A stretch of DNA of 64,000 nucleotides, taken from contig OX597832.1 of the NCBI GenBank assembly GCA_951406725.2, forward strand, positions 56,978,001-57,042,000, read 5' to 3'. The notes below the pieces were generated by a model. It ran no database searches and had not been told where the DNA came from. It was given only the letters and a program-made list of their open reading frames with translations. Of the stretch, positions 49,997 through 63,412 are shown piece after piece (within the stretch, counting starts at the first letter, position 1; each line of letters opens with the position of its first letter). This DNA is from Octopus vulgaris (taxonomy: Eukaryota). A program made the translations under genes and the position numbers.

Positions 49997-50195
49997 TTGT
50001 GTGTTTGTGTTTGTCCCCCAACATCGCTTGACAACCGATGCTGGTGTGTTTACATCCCTGTCACTTAGCGGTTCGGCAAAAAAGACCGATAGAATAAGTA
50101 CTAGGCTTACAAAGAATAAGTCCTGGGGTCGATTTTCTTGACTAAAGGTGGTGCTCCAGCATGGCCGCAGTCAAATGACTGAAACAAGTAAAAAA
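49733..50195 (+). mobile_element. SINE family A, full length
   Basis: Matches the consensus; internal (TG)n. Confidence 0.9.
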
Positions 50196-50278
50196 AAAGA
50201 AGAAAAAAAAGACTGAGAAAAGAAGTTACAGAGGAGGCGTGCTAAGCAGTGTTAAGTAAAATTACAATGTTGTTATCA

Positions 50279-50437
50279 GTCTGAATATGCTTAAGGCACA
50301 TTTGAACCGGGGGGGGAACAAGGTTACTCACTGCATTTTGTCACGGCGCTGATTGAAGGGATTATATTTTCCGTGACAAAACTCACTGAGTAGCAGCTTG
50401 TTCCCCAGTTCTATTGTGCCCCTAAGCATATTCGAAC
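50279..50437. mobile_element. Fold-back MITE-like palindrome
   Basis: gaatatgctta..ggcaca..gaac..ggggaacaag..tactca..ttttgtcacgg / ccgtgacaaaa..tgagta..cttgttcccc..gttc..tgtgcc..taagcatattc. Confidence 0.65.
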
Positions 50438-50723
50438 AGATAGCAACATTACAGTGAGAAAAGAAGGTACTTTGAAGTAGATATGGAAGAACAAATTAGT
50501 AGTGAGGGTACCTATAAAAATTCTTTTATAGTTTAAGAGAGCTCCCCAGGAGCAGTTGATAGTTTCTGTTATGCGTTCTGATTAGCAATGTGGTTAGGTA
50601 TTCTGAAAAAATCACAGTAACCAGAGTAAGAGCAGGGTGGGAAAAGTTAAAGGGCAAATCGTATGATATTATTTACATTATTTACATTTGATAGATATTT
50701 GTCCTCATCTTGTTTGTTGTTAA

Positions 50724-50767
50724 ACACAACATTTTGGCTGATATAACCTCCAGCCTTCATCAGGTGT
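50724..50767 (-). ncRNA. Minimal hammerhead motif (G12 mutated)
   Basis: ACAC CTGATGA A GGCTG GAGGTTATAT CAGCC AAAA TGTT GTGT. Confidence 0.55.
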
Positions 50768-51067
50768 CTTGGGGAAATTTCGAACCTGGGTTCTCATTCC
50801 TAAGGTATTCTTTGATGTTATTATTATTATCATCATTATTATTATTCAGGTCACTGCCTGGAATCAAACTCGGAATCTTGGGGTTAGTAGCCCACACACT
50901 TAACCACTACGCCATAAGCCTGTGGACAATTATGGAGTGAATTTTAGCACTTATAAATTTAATCTATTAGATTTATAAGCCCTAAAATTCACCCCATAAT
51001 TGCCCACGGGCAGATGGCATAGTTGTTAAGAGCGTGAGTTCGATTCCAGGTTCGAAATTTCCCCAAG

Positions 51068-51111
51068 ACACCCAATGAAGGCTGGAGGGTATATCAGCCG
51101 AAATGTTGTGT
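51068..51111 (+). ncRNA. Minimal hammerhead motif (CUGA mutated)
   Basis: ACAC CCAATGA A GGCTG GAGGGTATAT CAGCC GAAA TGTT GTGT. Confidence 0.55.
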
Positions 51112-51716
51112 TAACAACAAACAAGATGAGGACAAATATCTGTCAAATGTAAATAATGTAAATAATGTGAAGAATGTACATAATTCCTCATCTCTTAAAT
51201 ATAGAACTGAAACTGTATGATGTTGTGATGTTATATAATCAGGAATCCTGGGTGCTGAACATGGGGGATGTGCAAAGGTAAAAAGGAAATGGGGCTAGGG
51301 TCATTCATTACATTAACCTTATTTACACACTGGGTGTGCAATGTTAGTGGATACAAGTGACTGAGCCTAAATGAGCCAAGAGAAAAAAGGGCCCCAAGAG
51401 GAGTCAGATGCAATGTATCAGAAAGGAGACTGAGCTGGTTTGAGTATGTGGTGTGTATGAACATGTGGTGTGCATGGAGGATGACTGAAGGATTAAGAAA
51501 TACCAGGAGATCCATGTAGAAGGAATTTTCAGAAGAGAAGGACCAAGTGGGGAGGGACATATGAAGAAGTGGTATTCTTAGAATAGTGAACCTCAGAAAA
51601 GAGACAACAAAGAACCCACAACCAAAGTGTTGAGAAGCTGTTTTAGGGAAGACCCTGTCCAATGAATGCGAGCATGGAAAGACATAAAATAAAAATGAAG
51701 ATGTGTGCATGGGTGC

Positions 51717-51761
<45 letters not shown>

Positions 51762-51918
51762 TGTGTGTGCATTTGTGCTCATTTCTCACCTTCAGAGCCA
51801 GGTGGAATAACAGATGCATTACTTGAAATTCAGGTAAGGGCTAGTGATTAGAAGGGAATCCAGCAGCAAAAGAATACTCCCGTAATACTTCAAACCAATG
51901 AACTTATATTCATACACA

Positions 51919-51993
<75 letters not shown>

Positions 51994-52204
51994 ATGCACA
52001 CATACATATAACAAAAATATGTATAGAGAAACTCTTGTCTTCAATTCTTGAATTCCCCTTACAAAGCTGACAATTGTCTCTGTTGTATTAACGAATTTAA
52101 TTCTTCAAAATGATATTTGGAGCTCCTTGTCATGCATGAGGAATTATCTTGGATGTGTCCTCTACTTGCATTCAATGGAGTCTGATTGATATCTGCCTGG
52201 ATTT

Positions 52205-52229
52205 TTATATATAAATACATATATGTATG

Positions 52230-52261
<32 letters not shown>

Positions 52262-52329
52262 TATGTGTATATGTATATATACACATATATATATGTATAT
52301 ATATATACATATGTATATGTATACATATA

Positions 52330-52390
<61 letters not shown>

Positions 52391-52556
52391 ATGTATATAT
52401 ATATGTGTATATGTATATATACATATATATATGTATATATATATATACATATGTATATGTATACATATATATATGTATATGTATATATACACATATATAT
52501 ATGTATATATATATATACATATGTATATGTATACATATATATATGTATATATACAC

Positions 52557-52588
<32 letters not shown>

Positions 52589-52601
52589 ATGTATATGTAT
52601 G

Positions 52602-52670
<69 letters not shown>

Positions 52671-52918
52671 CATATGTATACATATACATACACCTACATA
52701 TACATACACCTACATATACACACAAACATGCATACAATGCACCCTATCTCGTATATATTCATATATTCATACACACATACACATTCACACACACACATAT
52801 ATATACATATATATATGTATATCATCATCATCATCATCATCATCATCGTTTAACGTCCGCTTTCCATGCTAGCATGGGTTGGACGGTATATATATATATA
52901 TATATAGATAGATAGATA

Positions 52919-52987
<69 letters not shown>

Positions 52988-53062
52988 GTATATATATATA
53001 TATATATATACACACATGCATATACATATCTATATTATATATATAGATAGATAGATAGATAT
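52205..53062. repeat. Compound (TA)/(TG)/(CA)/(AGAT) microsatellite with a short family C tail at 52820-52886
   Basis: Direct reading. Confidence 0.9.
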
Positions 53063-53712
53063 AAGGGAAATCTACAGGAGGTCTATCATATGCATGGTGG
53101 ATATCACACAGCTGGCTGTTGTAGATGTGAGAATCTATATAAAACTGTTGCAGCCTCACGCAGTGGACTACTGTAGTGCACAGTTATAATATAGTCGATA
53201 ACATTGTATAATATAGAATATCAATATCACATAGAATGTATAATAATATCACATGCATAATGACATACATTACAGTATTGCAGGTACAATATCTCCATGT
53301 ATAACATTTCTGCAATACAGCAATTTAATTAATATAATGGTGTAGCTGATTTAATGGTGTTTATCAACACAGGTTGAACCTGATTGAGCATGTTTATGAT
53401 GAGAGACAATCCAGTCATGACCATCCTAATTTATACTTCAGAGTTAATATATCAAGGATCTATGTATCTTTTTTTGCAAAAAAAATAAACAGTAGGGGGT
53501 TTATTTGAGGAAGATTTGGCTACTATTTCTAGCAAACTGAAAGACCAGGTAGAGGCATATGTAAAACCTAATTAAATGAGATGCTGTTTAGCCCAAGGTC
53601 AAACTTGATCCATCAGAATTATAATCAAAAGTTATTTCAGCCATAACCACCACTGACATTTCATGGGTATTTAATCAAAGATTCATTAGCTAATGGGTCT
53701 TTCTTCCATTAA

Positions 53713-53932
53713 CCCTTTTCTTACCATATTTCTTTGCAATTGCACTCCCTTTATTTCAGTTAATTTTGAAAATAATGAATTTATCTAAATAACTTCCTCG
53801 TTAACTTAGTGTTTGGAATATAAATTAATACAAAATCTTAAAAGATGATTTTAATTTAGATGATCACTTTAAAAGAAAGAAGTTTGTATCATAGAACCAG
53901 GTGCGATCACAGGTGAGCTAATATCAAACAGG
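53713..53932. mobile_element. piggyBac-type MITE
   Basis: ttaa-cccttttc ... atatcaaacagg-ttaa. Confidence 0.55.
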
Positions 53933-54047
53933 TTAAAAGAGCACAGTGAGATTTTAAATAGATTTGGCTGCTATTTAAAGCAAGTCAAGCAACTAAATAG
54001 CATGACATTATAGAAAAGCACATTCAAGTAATGGCAAGTTCACAATA

Positions 54048-54300
54048 GAGGAAGCACTTGGTTTAGTGGTTAGAGTGTTTGACTCATGATTGTAAGATTG
54101 TGGTTTCAATTCCTGGACCGGGCAACGCGTTTTGTTCTTGAGCAAAACACTTCATTTCACATTGCTCCAGTCCACACAGCTAGCAAAAATGAGTAATCCT
54201 GTGAGAGACTGGTGTCCCATCCAGGTGGGGAATTTATACGCCATGAAACTAGGAAACCGGCCCTTATGAGTCTGTATGATGCAAGAGGGTAACATTGCTT
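54048..54300 (+). mobile_element. SINE family D variant
   Basis: tagtggttagagtg...ggtttcaattcc; gactggtgtcccatccaggtgggg...ggaaaccggcccttatgag. Confidence 0.75.
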
Positions 54301-54630
54301 TTTACTTTAAGTTCACAATACAAGTTAGGACTGGTTTGATTTCCAGGAGGGCAATTTCAATCCATTAGTCCTTCTAACCAGGGATTTCCAACTGTTGTTT
54401 AATAGACCATAGTGGGATGGGACACCTCAAGTAAACTGCTCTATAAGACACAAGGTGAAACCCTCAAGTACACCCAGTGTCTCATTAAGAGGTTATACAG
54501 GACAATTTTGCTTTATTACAATATGAACTTTGGGTATGCAGGTATTTTGAAAACACCTCATGGCATGATGACTGCACCCTGCATAGTTATGGGCAGCCCT
54601 TTGGCAAGGTATGGCACTGATTCAGCTGCT

Positions 54631-55351
54631 ACCCTGCCAGGGATACAGCAAAGTTATAGGACTGTAGCATGGTGGATTGTGAACAGGTAGAAAAAGAGCT
54701 CAACTGAGCCAGCAGTGTTTCTACATCGATGCTGAGCTGAGGAATTCTAGAAGATCAATGGTTAGGATCAGAAAAGCTCTATTAAGAGAATAACTAAATC
54801 ACATCCATCGAGGTGGTGTCCATGGCTGTGTAATTAGCTAATGAAAGATTCATTATGACTCCAGCTTCCAGAACAAATTCATATTAATGGTGTGTGGCCT
54901 AGTGGTTAGGCTTTTGCATTCATGATCGCTAGATTGTGGGTTCAACTCCCAGATCGAGCGGTGCATTGTGTTCTTGAGAAAAACACTGCATTTCATGATG
55001 CTCCTCTCCACCTTTCAACCAAGGGTGGGAGAATATTGGCTCGGTCAAAGTTGGAATTCCTTTGATTAATACAAATATGTGTATGTGTGGGTGGGGTGTA
55101 ATTCGAAAATACTTTATGGAGTAATGACCGTTCCCACCCTGCCAGGGATACGGCAAAGTCATGGGACTGCAGCATGGCAGATGGTGAAGAGGTAGTAAAA
55201 GAGCTCAACTGAGCCAGCAGTGTTTCTTACATCGATGTTGACCTGAGGAATCCTAGAAGATCAACGGTCAAGATCAGCAAAGCCCTATTAAGAGAATATC
55301 TACAACACATCCATCGAGGTGGTGGCCATGGTTGTGTAACCAGCTAATGAA
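54631..55351 (+). repeat. Diverged ~215-bp direct repeat (54631-54845 and 55136-55351)
   Basis: accctgccagggatac...gagctcaactgagccagcagtgtttc...catccatcgaggtggtg...gctaatgaa twice. Confidence 0.9.
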
Positions 55352-55364
55352 GTCAAGTGGTGGA

Positions 55365-55580
55365 GTGGGGTGCAATCACAGATATAAACACACACACACA
55401 CACACACACACATGCACAATGGGCTTCTTTCAGTTTCCGTCTACCAAATCCACTCACGAAACTTTGGTCAGCCTGAGGCCATAACAGAAGACACTTGCCC
55501 AAGGTGCCACGCAGTGGGACTGAACTGAGAACCATGTGTTCAGGAAGTAAGCTTCTCACCACACAGCCATGCCTGTGCCT
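55365..55580 (-). mobile_element. SINE family A, 5' half
   Basis: gaagacacttgcccaaggtgccacgcagtgggactgaac. Confidence 0.85.
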
Positions 55581-55984
55581 ATATTATCAATCAATGGCAT
55601 TCTAAACGTGACTATCCTGTTTTATTTTGCTGTGCATTTAGCACTACATTATATAAAGCATCCTTCTTTCAGACGATGGTGTTTGAGTTTAGAAGAAAGA
55701 TTTGCTTAAGCAACAATGTATAGAAAGATTGATCATTGATTTATGTTCATGGCTTCTCAAGAGCTTTCAAAATGTGATATAAAATGGCAACAGGTTTCAA
55801 TCATCAAACCTTTAGCAGCATATAGTTGTAAGACCTCACTAATCAAAGGCATAGCAAATGTGACTATCCTGTCTTATCTTAAGACATTGTATATGTCTAA
55901 AAAGCACCACCTTATCTAATGTGTCCATTATTTCCTAAACCTTTGGCAGGCATCAGATCAACCTGTCAAATGCAAGGCTTATTT

Positions 55985-56380
55985 ACTCTCTTTTTTACTT
56001 GTTTCAGTCATTTGACTGTGGCCATGCTGGAGCACTGCCTTTAGTCGAGCAAATAAACCCCAGGACTTATTCTTTGCAAGCCTAGTACTTATTCTATCGT
56101 CCTCTTTTGTCGAACTGCTAAGTGGTGGGGACGTAAACACACCACCATTGGTTGTCAAGCGATGTTGGGAGAACAAACACAGACACACAAACATATACAC
56201 ATACATATATATATATATACAACAGGCTTCTTTCAGTTTCCGTCAACCAAATGCACTCACAAGGCTTTGGTCGGCCTGAGGTTATAGTAGAAGACACTTG
56301 CCCATGGTGCCACGCAGTGGGAATGAACCTGGAACCATGTGGCTGGTAAGCAAGCTACTGACCACACAGCCACTCCTGTG
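55985..56380 (-). mobile_element. SINE family A, full length
   Basis: Reverse complement of the consensus. Confidence 0.9.
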
Positions 56381-57569
56381 TCTATGTGACACATTTATTC
56401 AAATTAATTTAAATTAATCATGCATTATTTTGCAGCATTGAGATTTTGATGATGAGATTATTTTTAGAATGATCCCCTGACTGACTCCCATCCCGTGAAA
56501 TAAAGTGTCTTGCTCAAGGACAGAATATACCACCTGGAATTGAACTCATGACCATATGGTCACAAGCCAAATATCCTAACCACAAAGTCACATGCTTTCG
56601 GTATCTACTGCATGTTACTAATACCAAATAGTGATAAATACTGCGTAACTAAAATATAAATATATAGTGTTGTGTGTGTATGTGTGTGTCTCTGTGTGTG
56701 TCTGTGTCTGTGTCTGTGTGTGTCTGTGTCTGTGTGTGTATAATACAGTGGAAACATATAGAGCATAATAAGATGGAATCTAGTATATTGTGTACTTTCA
56801 TGAAACTTTGTATATAACTGCAAGTATAGTATTAAATAAGCAAATACAATAGAACGAGAGATGGACAACCGATGATACATACAATGGCAAAACTACAGAG
56901 CAATAAAACCGAAATACATCACAAAAATTATTGCTGTATTACATAGTGATATAAAATATACAAGATAACTCCATTGTATCGCACAGCCAATAATAAAAAA
57001 AAAAAGCAAAAAAAAGAAAGAAAACGTTAGAAAATAATGAAGAAAAGGGTACTTGGCTATGCTTATATTGGTTTCATCGCTTCACAAAACCAATTTTACA
57101 GAGAGATAGTAATATTATGTGTGTCTCATAACTAGTTTTTATTATTCTTGTTTTACAAAGTACAATGGACAAGATATTAAGGTGCTACACATACACACAT
57201 ACACACACATACATGTCTGATACTGCATTAAAAAAAAAAGTGGGGATATGTAACTAATTTGCAAAGATGTACACCATCATTCAGAGATGTGCTGTTTTTT
57301 AAGGGGTTTTTTTTTCCTTTTTTTTCACCTCTTTTTTCTTTTTTTTTAACAAATACAGCACTTTTACTCTTCAGAAGTTGCAAGTTGCATAGCACCTCTG
57401 CCCAAGGCCATCTGATATAATTACTATTTTATATAATTCCTCCTCCTCCTCCTCATCATCATCATCATCAACATCATCAATTGTCCACCTATACTACACC
57501 ATTATGTTAAATGCTAAATCCATGCTCATCAGCATTCTCTACGTTGTCCCTGAATTTAAATCAATCACA

Positions 57570-57760
57570 GACGCAGACGTGGCTGTGTGGTGAGAAGCTC
57601 ATTTCTCAACCACATGGTTTTGGGATCATTACCCCTACACGTCACCTTGAGCATGCATCTTCTACTATAACACGAGGCTAACAAAAGCCTTGTGAATGGA
57701 TTTGGTAGACGGAAACTGAAAGAAGCTTGTGCCAGTGCCATATAAAAGCACCTGTGCACT
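57570..57760 (+). mobile_element. SINE family A head running into a family C unit
   Basis: ...ggaaactgaaagaagc followed by gtgccagtgccatataaaagcacc. Confidence 0.65.
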
Positions 57761-57854
57761 AGGTTCTTTTAACATGATAAGAGGAGCTCTCTGTGATAGC
57801 CACACAATTCTCTGAATCCATATCTTATACCACAAAGTTCCATGTGTGTATATT

Positions 57855-58160
57855 CCTTTATTTGTTTCAGTCATTTGACAGCGGCCCAGATCGACCCCAG
57901 GACTTATTCTTTGTGAGCCTAGTACTTATCCTATCAGTCACTTTTGCCAAACCGCTAATGCTACAGGGACGTAAACACACCAGCATCATATATATATGAC
58001 AGGCTTCTTTCAGTTTCTGTCTACCAAATCCACTCACAAGGGTATAGTTGGCCTGAGGCTGTAGTAGAAGACACTTACTGAAGGTACCACATAGTGGGAC
58101 TGAACCCAGAACCATGTGGTTGGGAAGCAAGCTTCTTACCACACAGCCACTTCTGTGCCT
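57855..58160 (-). mobile_element. SINE family A
   Basis: Reverse complement of the consensus with small deletions. Confidence 0.85.
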
Positions 58161-58232
58161 ATATGTATGTATATGAGATATAAATGTATGTGAGACTACC
58201 ATATTTGTACTTAGACCAAATATTCTGCTTAA

Positions 58233-58819
58233 CCTTTTAGCATTCATGTTATTCTATCATATGCAATGCTTTTTTATTCACATTGTTTTGAATTCATTAT
58301 GTTATGGTTCCAGGTTCAGTCCCACAGCATGGCACTTTGGGCAAGTGTCTTCTACTAGAGCCATGGGCTGACAAAAACCTTGTGAGTGGATTTGGTAGAT
58401 GGAAACTTAAAAGAAAGCCCACATCTATACATGTGCGTGTGTGTGTGTGTGTGTGTGCGTGGGTGTGTGCGTGTGTCCCCTCCATCACCACTCGACAGAT
58501 GGATCTGGTTCGTCTATACATCTGTAACTCAGTGGTTCAACAAAAGAGATGAATAGAATAAGTACCAGGCTTTAAAAAATATGCTGGTGTTGATTAGTTT
58601 GTCTCAAATCTCTTCAAGGCAGTGCCCCAGCTTGACCACAGTCAAATGACTGAAACAGGCAATATAAAAGATATCTTGTAGCTTTGAGGTTTCAGTGATG
58701 TGATTGTTTATTTTTAGAATGACATTGTAGGGTCAGTGTGAGAAGCCTAATCAGATCAATTTGACCATAAAACAAGGAAAATATTTAGGCTTGATCTGGC
58801 TAGTTAGAATACTAAAGGG
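58233..58819. mobile_element. piggyBac-type MITE hosting SINE A (58303-58670)
   Basis: ttaa-ccttttagcattc ... gaatactaaaggg-ttaa; related copy in opposite orientation at ~44636-44860. Confidence 0.65.
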
Positions 58820-59611
58820 TTAACTCTTTAATATCCTGAAAATCTTTTCTACATCACATTTTCAATCCCAAATATTAACCATTCTCAATTTCACTAGCGC
58901 AAGAGGACCAGCAAACATTGGACACCACCTTTCCTCATCTAATTGAATAAATTCGGAAAAAACTAAAGATGGCAAAGAAAGTTATCCTGACACACAAGAC
59001 AGGTTCTTGTTCTGTTTCGTGTTTCAGTTGTTAACAAGGCCATCCAACTGTGAAAGCAACAGCTTCAAGGAAACAACCCATCGTCACACATGCAAGGATA
59101 GAAGAATGAACAGAGGTCATGTTATGCAAAGGATCCCTTCAGTCAGAATGTGAGAATTCTGTCAATGCCGGCTTTGAGGAATCGGAAAATTAGTGTTTAC
59201 TGACATCACATGTTTGGTGCACAACTTTGAGGGAAAGAAACACAACATGGATAAAGGAGTCAAAGGGTGGATTCAGTGAATAATTTCAAGTAGAACTGAA
59301 GGGTTATCCAATTTCAAAAGTGAAAATAGAATCTGAAACAGTAAGAGACAACAAGTAAAAGGGGAACCCACTGTAAATAGATTAATAGAAATGCACAGAA
59401 TTTTCAGATTATCAATGAAATAAATGGCTTTCTTTTGTGAACAGAATCTGAAAAACAAGTGAACAGTAACTGAAGAAAGAAGAGGAGAAGGTATGTTGTG
59501 TTGGACATGAAAGCTGTACCCTTTTTTTTTTTCATTGTGTAACAGGTATAATATATTTTACCTTTCTTTGTGCTTAATAAATGTGTGGAGTTAGAAGATA
59601 TCATCTTTATC

Positions 59612-60661
59612 TCTACTACCACCACAACCAACAGTGCCACAACCATCACCACAACCAACAGTGCCACAACCACCACAACCACCACGACTAGCAGTACCAC
59701 TGCCACAACTACCACAACCAACAGTACCACTTCCACAATCACTACCACCACCACTATCACCACCACCACTACCAATACAACTACTACCAACATGACTAAC
59801 AGTACAATTAACAATACCATTACCACAACCACCAACAAGACTAACAATACCATTACCACTGCAACCACCACCACTACTACCAACATAACTAACAGTACCA
59901 TCACCATCACCACCAACACCACCATCCCACCACCAACACCACTAGCACTACCACCACCACCACTTGTAATACCACTACCTCCATTACCACTACTACTTCC
60001 ACCACTACAACCAGCACAACTAACAGTACCACTACCACAACCACCACCTAGACTAGCAGTACCATTACTACCACCACCACTACTACCAACACAGCTAACA
60101 GTACCATCACCATCACCACCATCACTACCACCACCACCACCACCAGTAATGCCACCGCCTCCATTACCACCACTACTACCAACACAACTAACAGTACCAC
60201 TACCACAACCACCACCACCAGTAATGCCACCGCCTCCATTACCACCACTACTACCAACACAACTAACAGTACCACTACCACAACCACCACCACCAGTAAT
60301 GCCACCGCCTCCATTACCACCACTACTACCAACACAACTAACAGTACCACTACCACAACCACCACCTAGACTAGCAGTACCACTACTACCACCACCACCA
60401 CCACAACTAGCAGTACCATTACCAACAGGCAGCAATACCATAACAGTCACTGCCACCAACACGGCAAGTGGTTCCACAACCGAAACCACTGCCCCCACCA
60501 CCTCCACCACTACCACCACCACCACCATCACCACTACCACCAGCAATACCACCACCATGAGCAGCACTGCAAAAACTACCACCAGGAGTACCACCGCAAC
60601 AATGACTACCACTGCCACCACCACCACCACCACCACTACTACTACTACTGCTGCTACTACT
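59612..60661. repeat. (ACC/ACT)-rich low-complexity array with ~72-bp tandem units
   Basis: ccagtaatgccaccgcctccattaccaccactactaccaacacaactaacagtacc repeated 3 times; open frames on both strands are compositional. Confidence 0.85.
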
Positions 60662-61023
60662 TAGAAGAGTCATTAGTCTTTATTAGATTTTATATCGATT
60701 GTTGTAGTGAAAAGTAATATTTCGTTATTTTTAAATTGGTCTGAATATACTTGTAAAATAAAATAAAATAAGGAAATAAATAAAGAAAGAAATAAAGAAA
60801 TAAAAGTAATTTATTTTTCTTTTTAATGCAAATATTTTTATTTGCATAGAGAAGACATAAATAAACTCAATACTAACGAAATACCTAAATAATTATATAG
60901 AAAAGTTATCTCTTTCCATTTAGAGGGAAGAAAAGAGAAACGAAACGAAACGAAGAGGAGGCGAAAAGGGAAGAGCTAAAAGCAAAAGCCTTCTGATAAT
61001 TTGAAGTCAATCAATTTGCCAGA

Positions 61024-61335
61024 CATCGTCATCATCATCATCATCATTGTCGTCGTCATCATCATCATCATTGTCATAATCATCATCAACATTGCCGTCA
61101 TCATCGTCATCATCATCCTCCTCCTCATCATCATCAACATCAACATTGTTGTCGTCATCATCATTATCATCATCAACATCGTCATCAACATCATCATCAA
61201 CATCGTCATTATGATGATGATGATGATCATCATCATCATCAACATCATCGTTGTTATCGTCATCATCGTCATCATCATCATCGTCATCATCAACATCGCC
61301 ATCATCATCATCGTTGTCATCATCATCATCATCAT
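61024..61335. repeat. (CAT)n-derived microsatellite
   Basis: Direct reading. Confidence 0.9.
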
Positions 61336-61569
61336 GGCTGCCATCATTGTTTTGATAATGGCCTTTGTGTATGGTGATAGACGGTTGCACACAGAAGCAC
61401 TGAGCACTTAAAGTGGATGGAAAATGCGGAAGAGGGAAACTGAGAAAGACATGTGATGTAGTATTGAAGGCCAGTCGCAAGACATTGAGCCCTTACAAGG
61501 GAAGTGACAGAGGACCGAGATATCTGTTGCATTGCTGTACAATAGAAGACCCTTCTGCCACATCAGAAT

Positions 61570-61757
61570 TGATACTGGTGCTGGTGCCATGTGAAAAGTA
61601 CTGGTGTTAATACCCCATAGAAAGCACCCAGAACACTCTACGGAGTGGTTGGCATTAGGAAGGGCATCTAGCCATAGAAAGCATGCTAGAACAGACCAGA
61701 CCTTACTGGCTCCAGTCAAACTGTCCAACCCATGGCAGCATGGAAAACGAATGTTAA

Positions 61758-61813
<56 letters not shown>

Positions 61814-61850
61814 AATGATGATGAGTGATGATGATGATGATGATGATGAG
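61570..61850 (+). mobile_element. Repeat family C with long (GAT)n tail
   Basis: ggagtggttggcattaggaagggcatc...ccaacccatggcagcatggaaaac. Confidence 0.8.
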
Positions 61851-61994
61851 GATACGATGATTTTTTCAAGCAAGCCTGGGATTTACTGAAGTAGATTATT
61901 TTTCTTTTTTTATTGCTAAATGCGCTTCCTGTCACAAACCTTCACTTGATTCCAAGCAGGATAATTATTAACCTAGGGCAAAGCCCATCGAACC

Positions 61995-62322
61995 TAGGAC
62001 TTATTCTTTGTAAGCCTAGTACTTATTCTATCAGTCTCTTTTGCTGAACCGCTAAGTGACGGGGATGTAAACACACCAGCATCGGTTGTCAAGTGATGTT
62101 GGGGGGACAAACACAGACACACAAACATATACACACAAATATATATATATACATATATACGACAGGCTTCTTTCAGTTTCCATCTACCAAATCCACTCAC
62201 AAGGCTTTGGTCAGCCCGAGGCTATAGTAGAAGACACTTGGCCAAGGTGCCACACAGTGGGACTGAATCCGGAACCATGTGGTTGGTAAGCAAGCTACTT
62301 ACCACACAGCCACTACTGCACC
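61995..62322 (-). mobile_element. SINE family A, 3' truncated
   Basis: Reverse complement of the consensus. Confidence 0.88.
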
Positions 62323-63412
62323 TATAAAACTTAACCTGATTAATCCTTTATTTTGTTTGTTTGCTTTTTCTTTACATCCCTTGGCCCGTTTTGGTCACCC
62401 CATTATTGCCCCATTTTTCTTCAATGACCCCCCTGGATCTTTCCACCACCCCCAGTGGGCCAGTTACCACCCACTTTGTGAACCACTGATCTAAGGTAAT
62501 GCTCCAGCATGACCTCACCCAATGGTTGAAACAAATAAATACTAAAATAAATGAAATTCTGAGTCAACAAGGAAGACTCCATGTGGTCACATAGCTTACT
62601 AGAAATACTAACCAAAGTTCCATCACACCACACCTTACTACTTCAAAGAAGGAAGGACACTGGTTAATAAAGGTAGTCTTAAATTTATGGTGTCTGAAAG
62701 GCGAAAAAAGGATGTTTTTAAATAGGACAAGACAAAGTCCTTGTTAAAACCATAAAACAAATACGAAAAGAAGAAGGATCATTATATTAGGAATGTCTTT
62801 GATCACAGACCTTCTCAAAGAAATCTGACCTGAGGCTAATCATCACCATTGTCAACAATAACAACAACAATATTATGAAGAATGTGAAAATGACTGAAGC
62901 AAAATTGTCTCCTCTTAAGAGACTGTTGTTTATGACAGCTTTATAATATGATACTAAGATCAGAGAATTCCAGAAATTCAGTGGTAAATGTGTGTAGATG
63001 GGGGGCAGAGGGCGGGGTGTGGAGAAGAAGGAGAGAAGAAGGTGTGTAAGAATACACGGTAAGATGCTTGCTATACCTAACTTTGATTTAAATGAATAAA
63101 TATGCAAAACCAGCCTGAAGAATAAACGTGGCATGAATTATAACCAAACCTTCTTCAGATGACACGGAGCGGGATGTGGACGCGATGCTTGTGTGTGTGC
63201 GTGTGTTTGTGTGTATGTGTGTGTGTGTTTGTGTGTGTAAGAAGACGTGTGATGGTACAGTAACATCAACAGCTGAGAAACATGAACAGTAAATTGCAGA
63301 GGATGCACAGTTATTGGAGAAGAATCACTTCAGGTTGACTATGTAATGGTAATAATGCTAACGATATATTACAAAAGGTGAGCGCAGGTGAGTTGAATGG
63401 AAAATGTGTTAA

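Larger units (their letters stand above)
50668..51207. mobile_element. Head-to-head Penelope-like element: tRNA-like Pol III module plus hammerhead in each arm
   Basis: Symmetry centre 50964-50965. Left arm (minus): tggcgtagtggttaag...gagtttgattcc, then ACAC CTGATGA AGGCTG..CAGCC aAAA TGTT GTGT. The right arm is a deleted copy. Confidence 0.7.
49345..51700 (+). mobile_element. Highly decayed RTE-clade LINE (RT to 3' end) with nested insertions
   Basis: Remnants LKLLYINDIIF (LLYADD-like), EELEKTFETWKQ, VDSFCY and RVRAGWEK; 3' end gtccaatgaatgcgagcatggaaa resembles the family C tail. Confidence 0.55.

Noticed and set aside
50845-50915. Bona fide tRNA gene (also the SINE heads at 10519, 43201 and 54048)
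   Set aside because: A/B boxes are present but the acceptor stem is poor, and each is embedded in a multi-copy repeat
59404-60673. 364-aa Thr/Pro-rich (mucin/formin-like) and 410-aa Gly/Val-rich ORFs
   Set aside because: They coincide with an ACC/ACT triplet array open on both strands, have non-ATG starts, and show no domain or splice support
62787-63134. 115-aa minus-strand ATG ORF
   Set aside because: No recognisable motif, partly low complexity, no supporting gene structure
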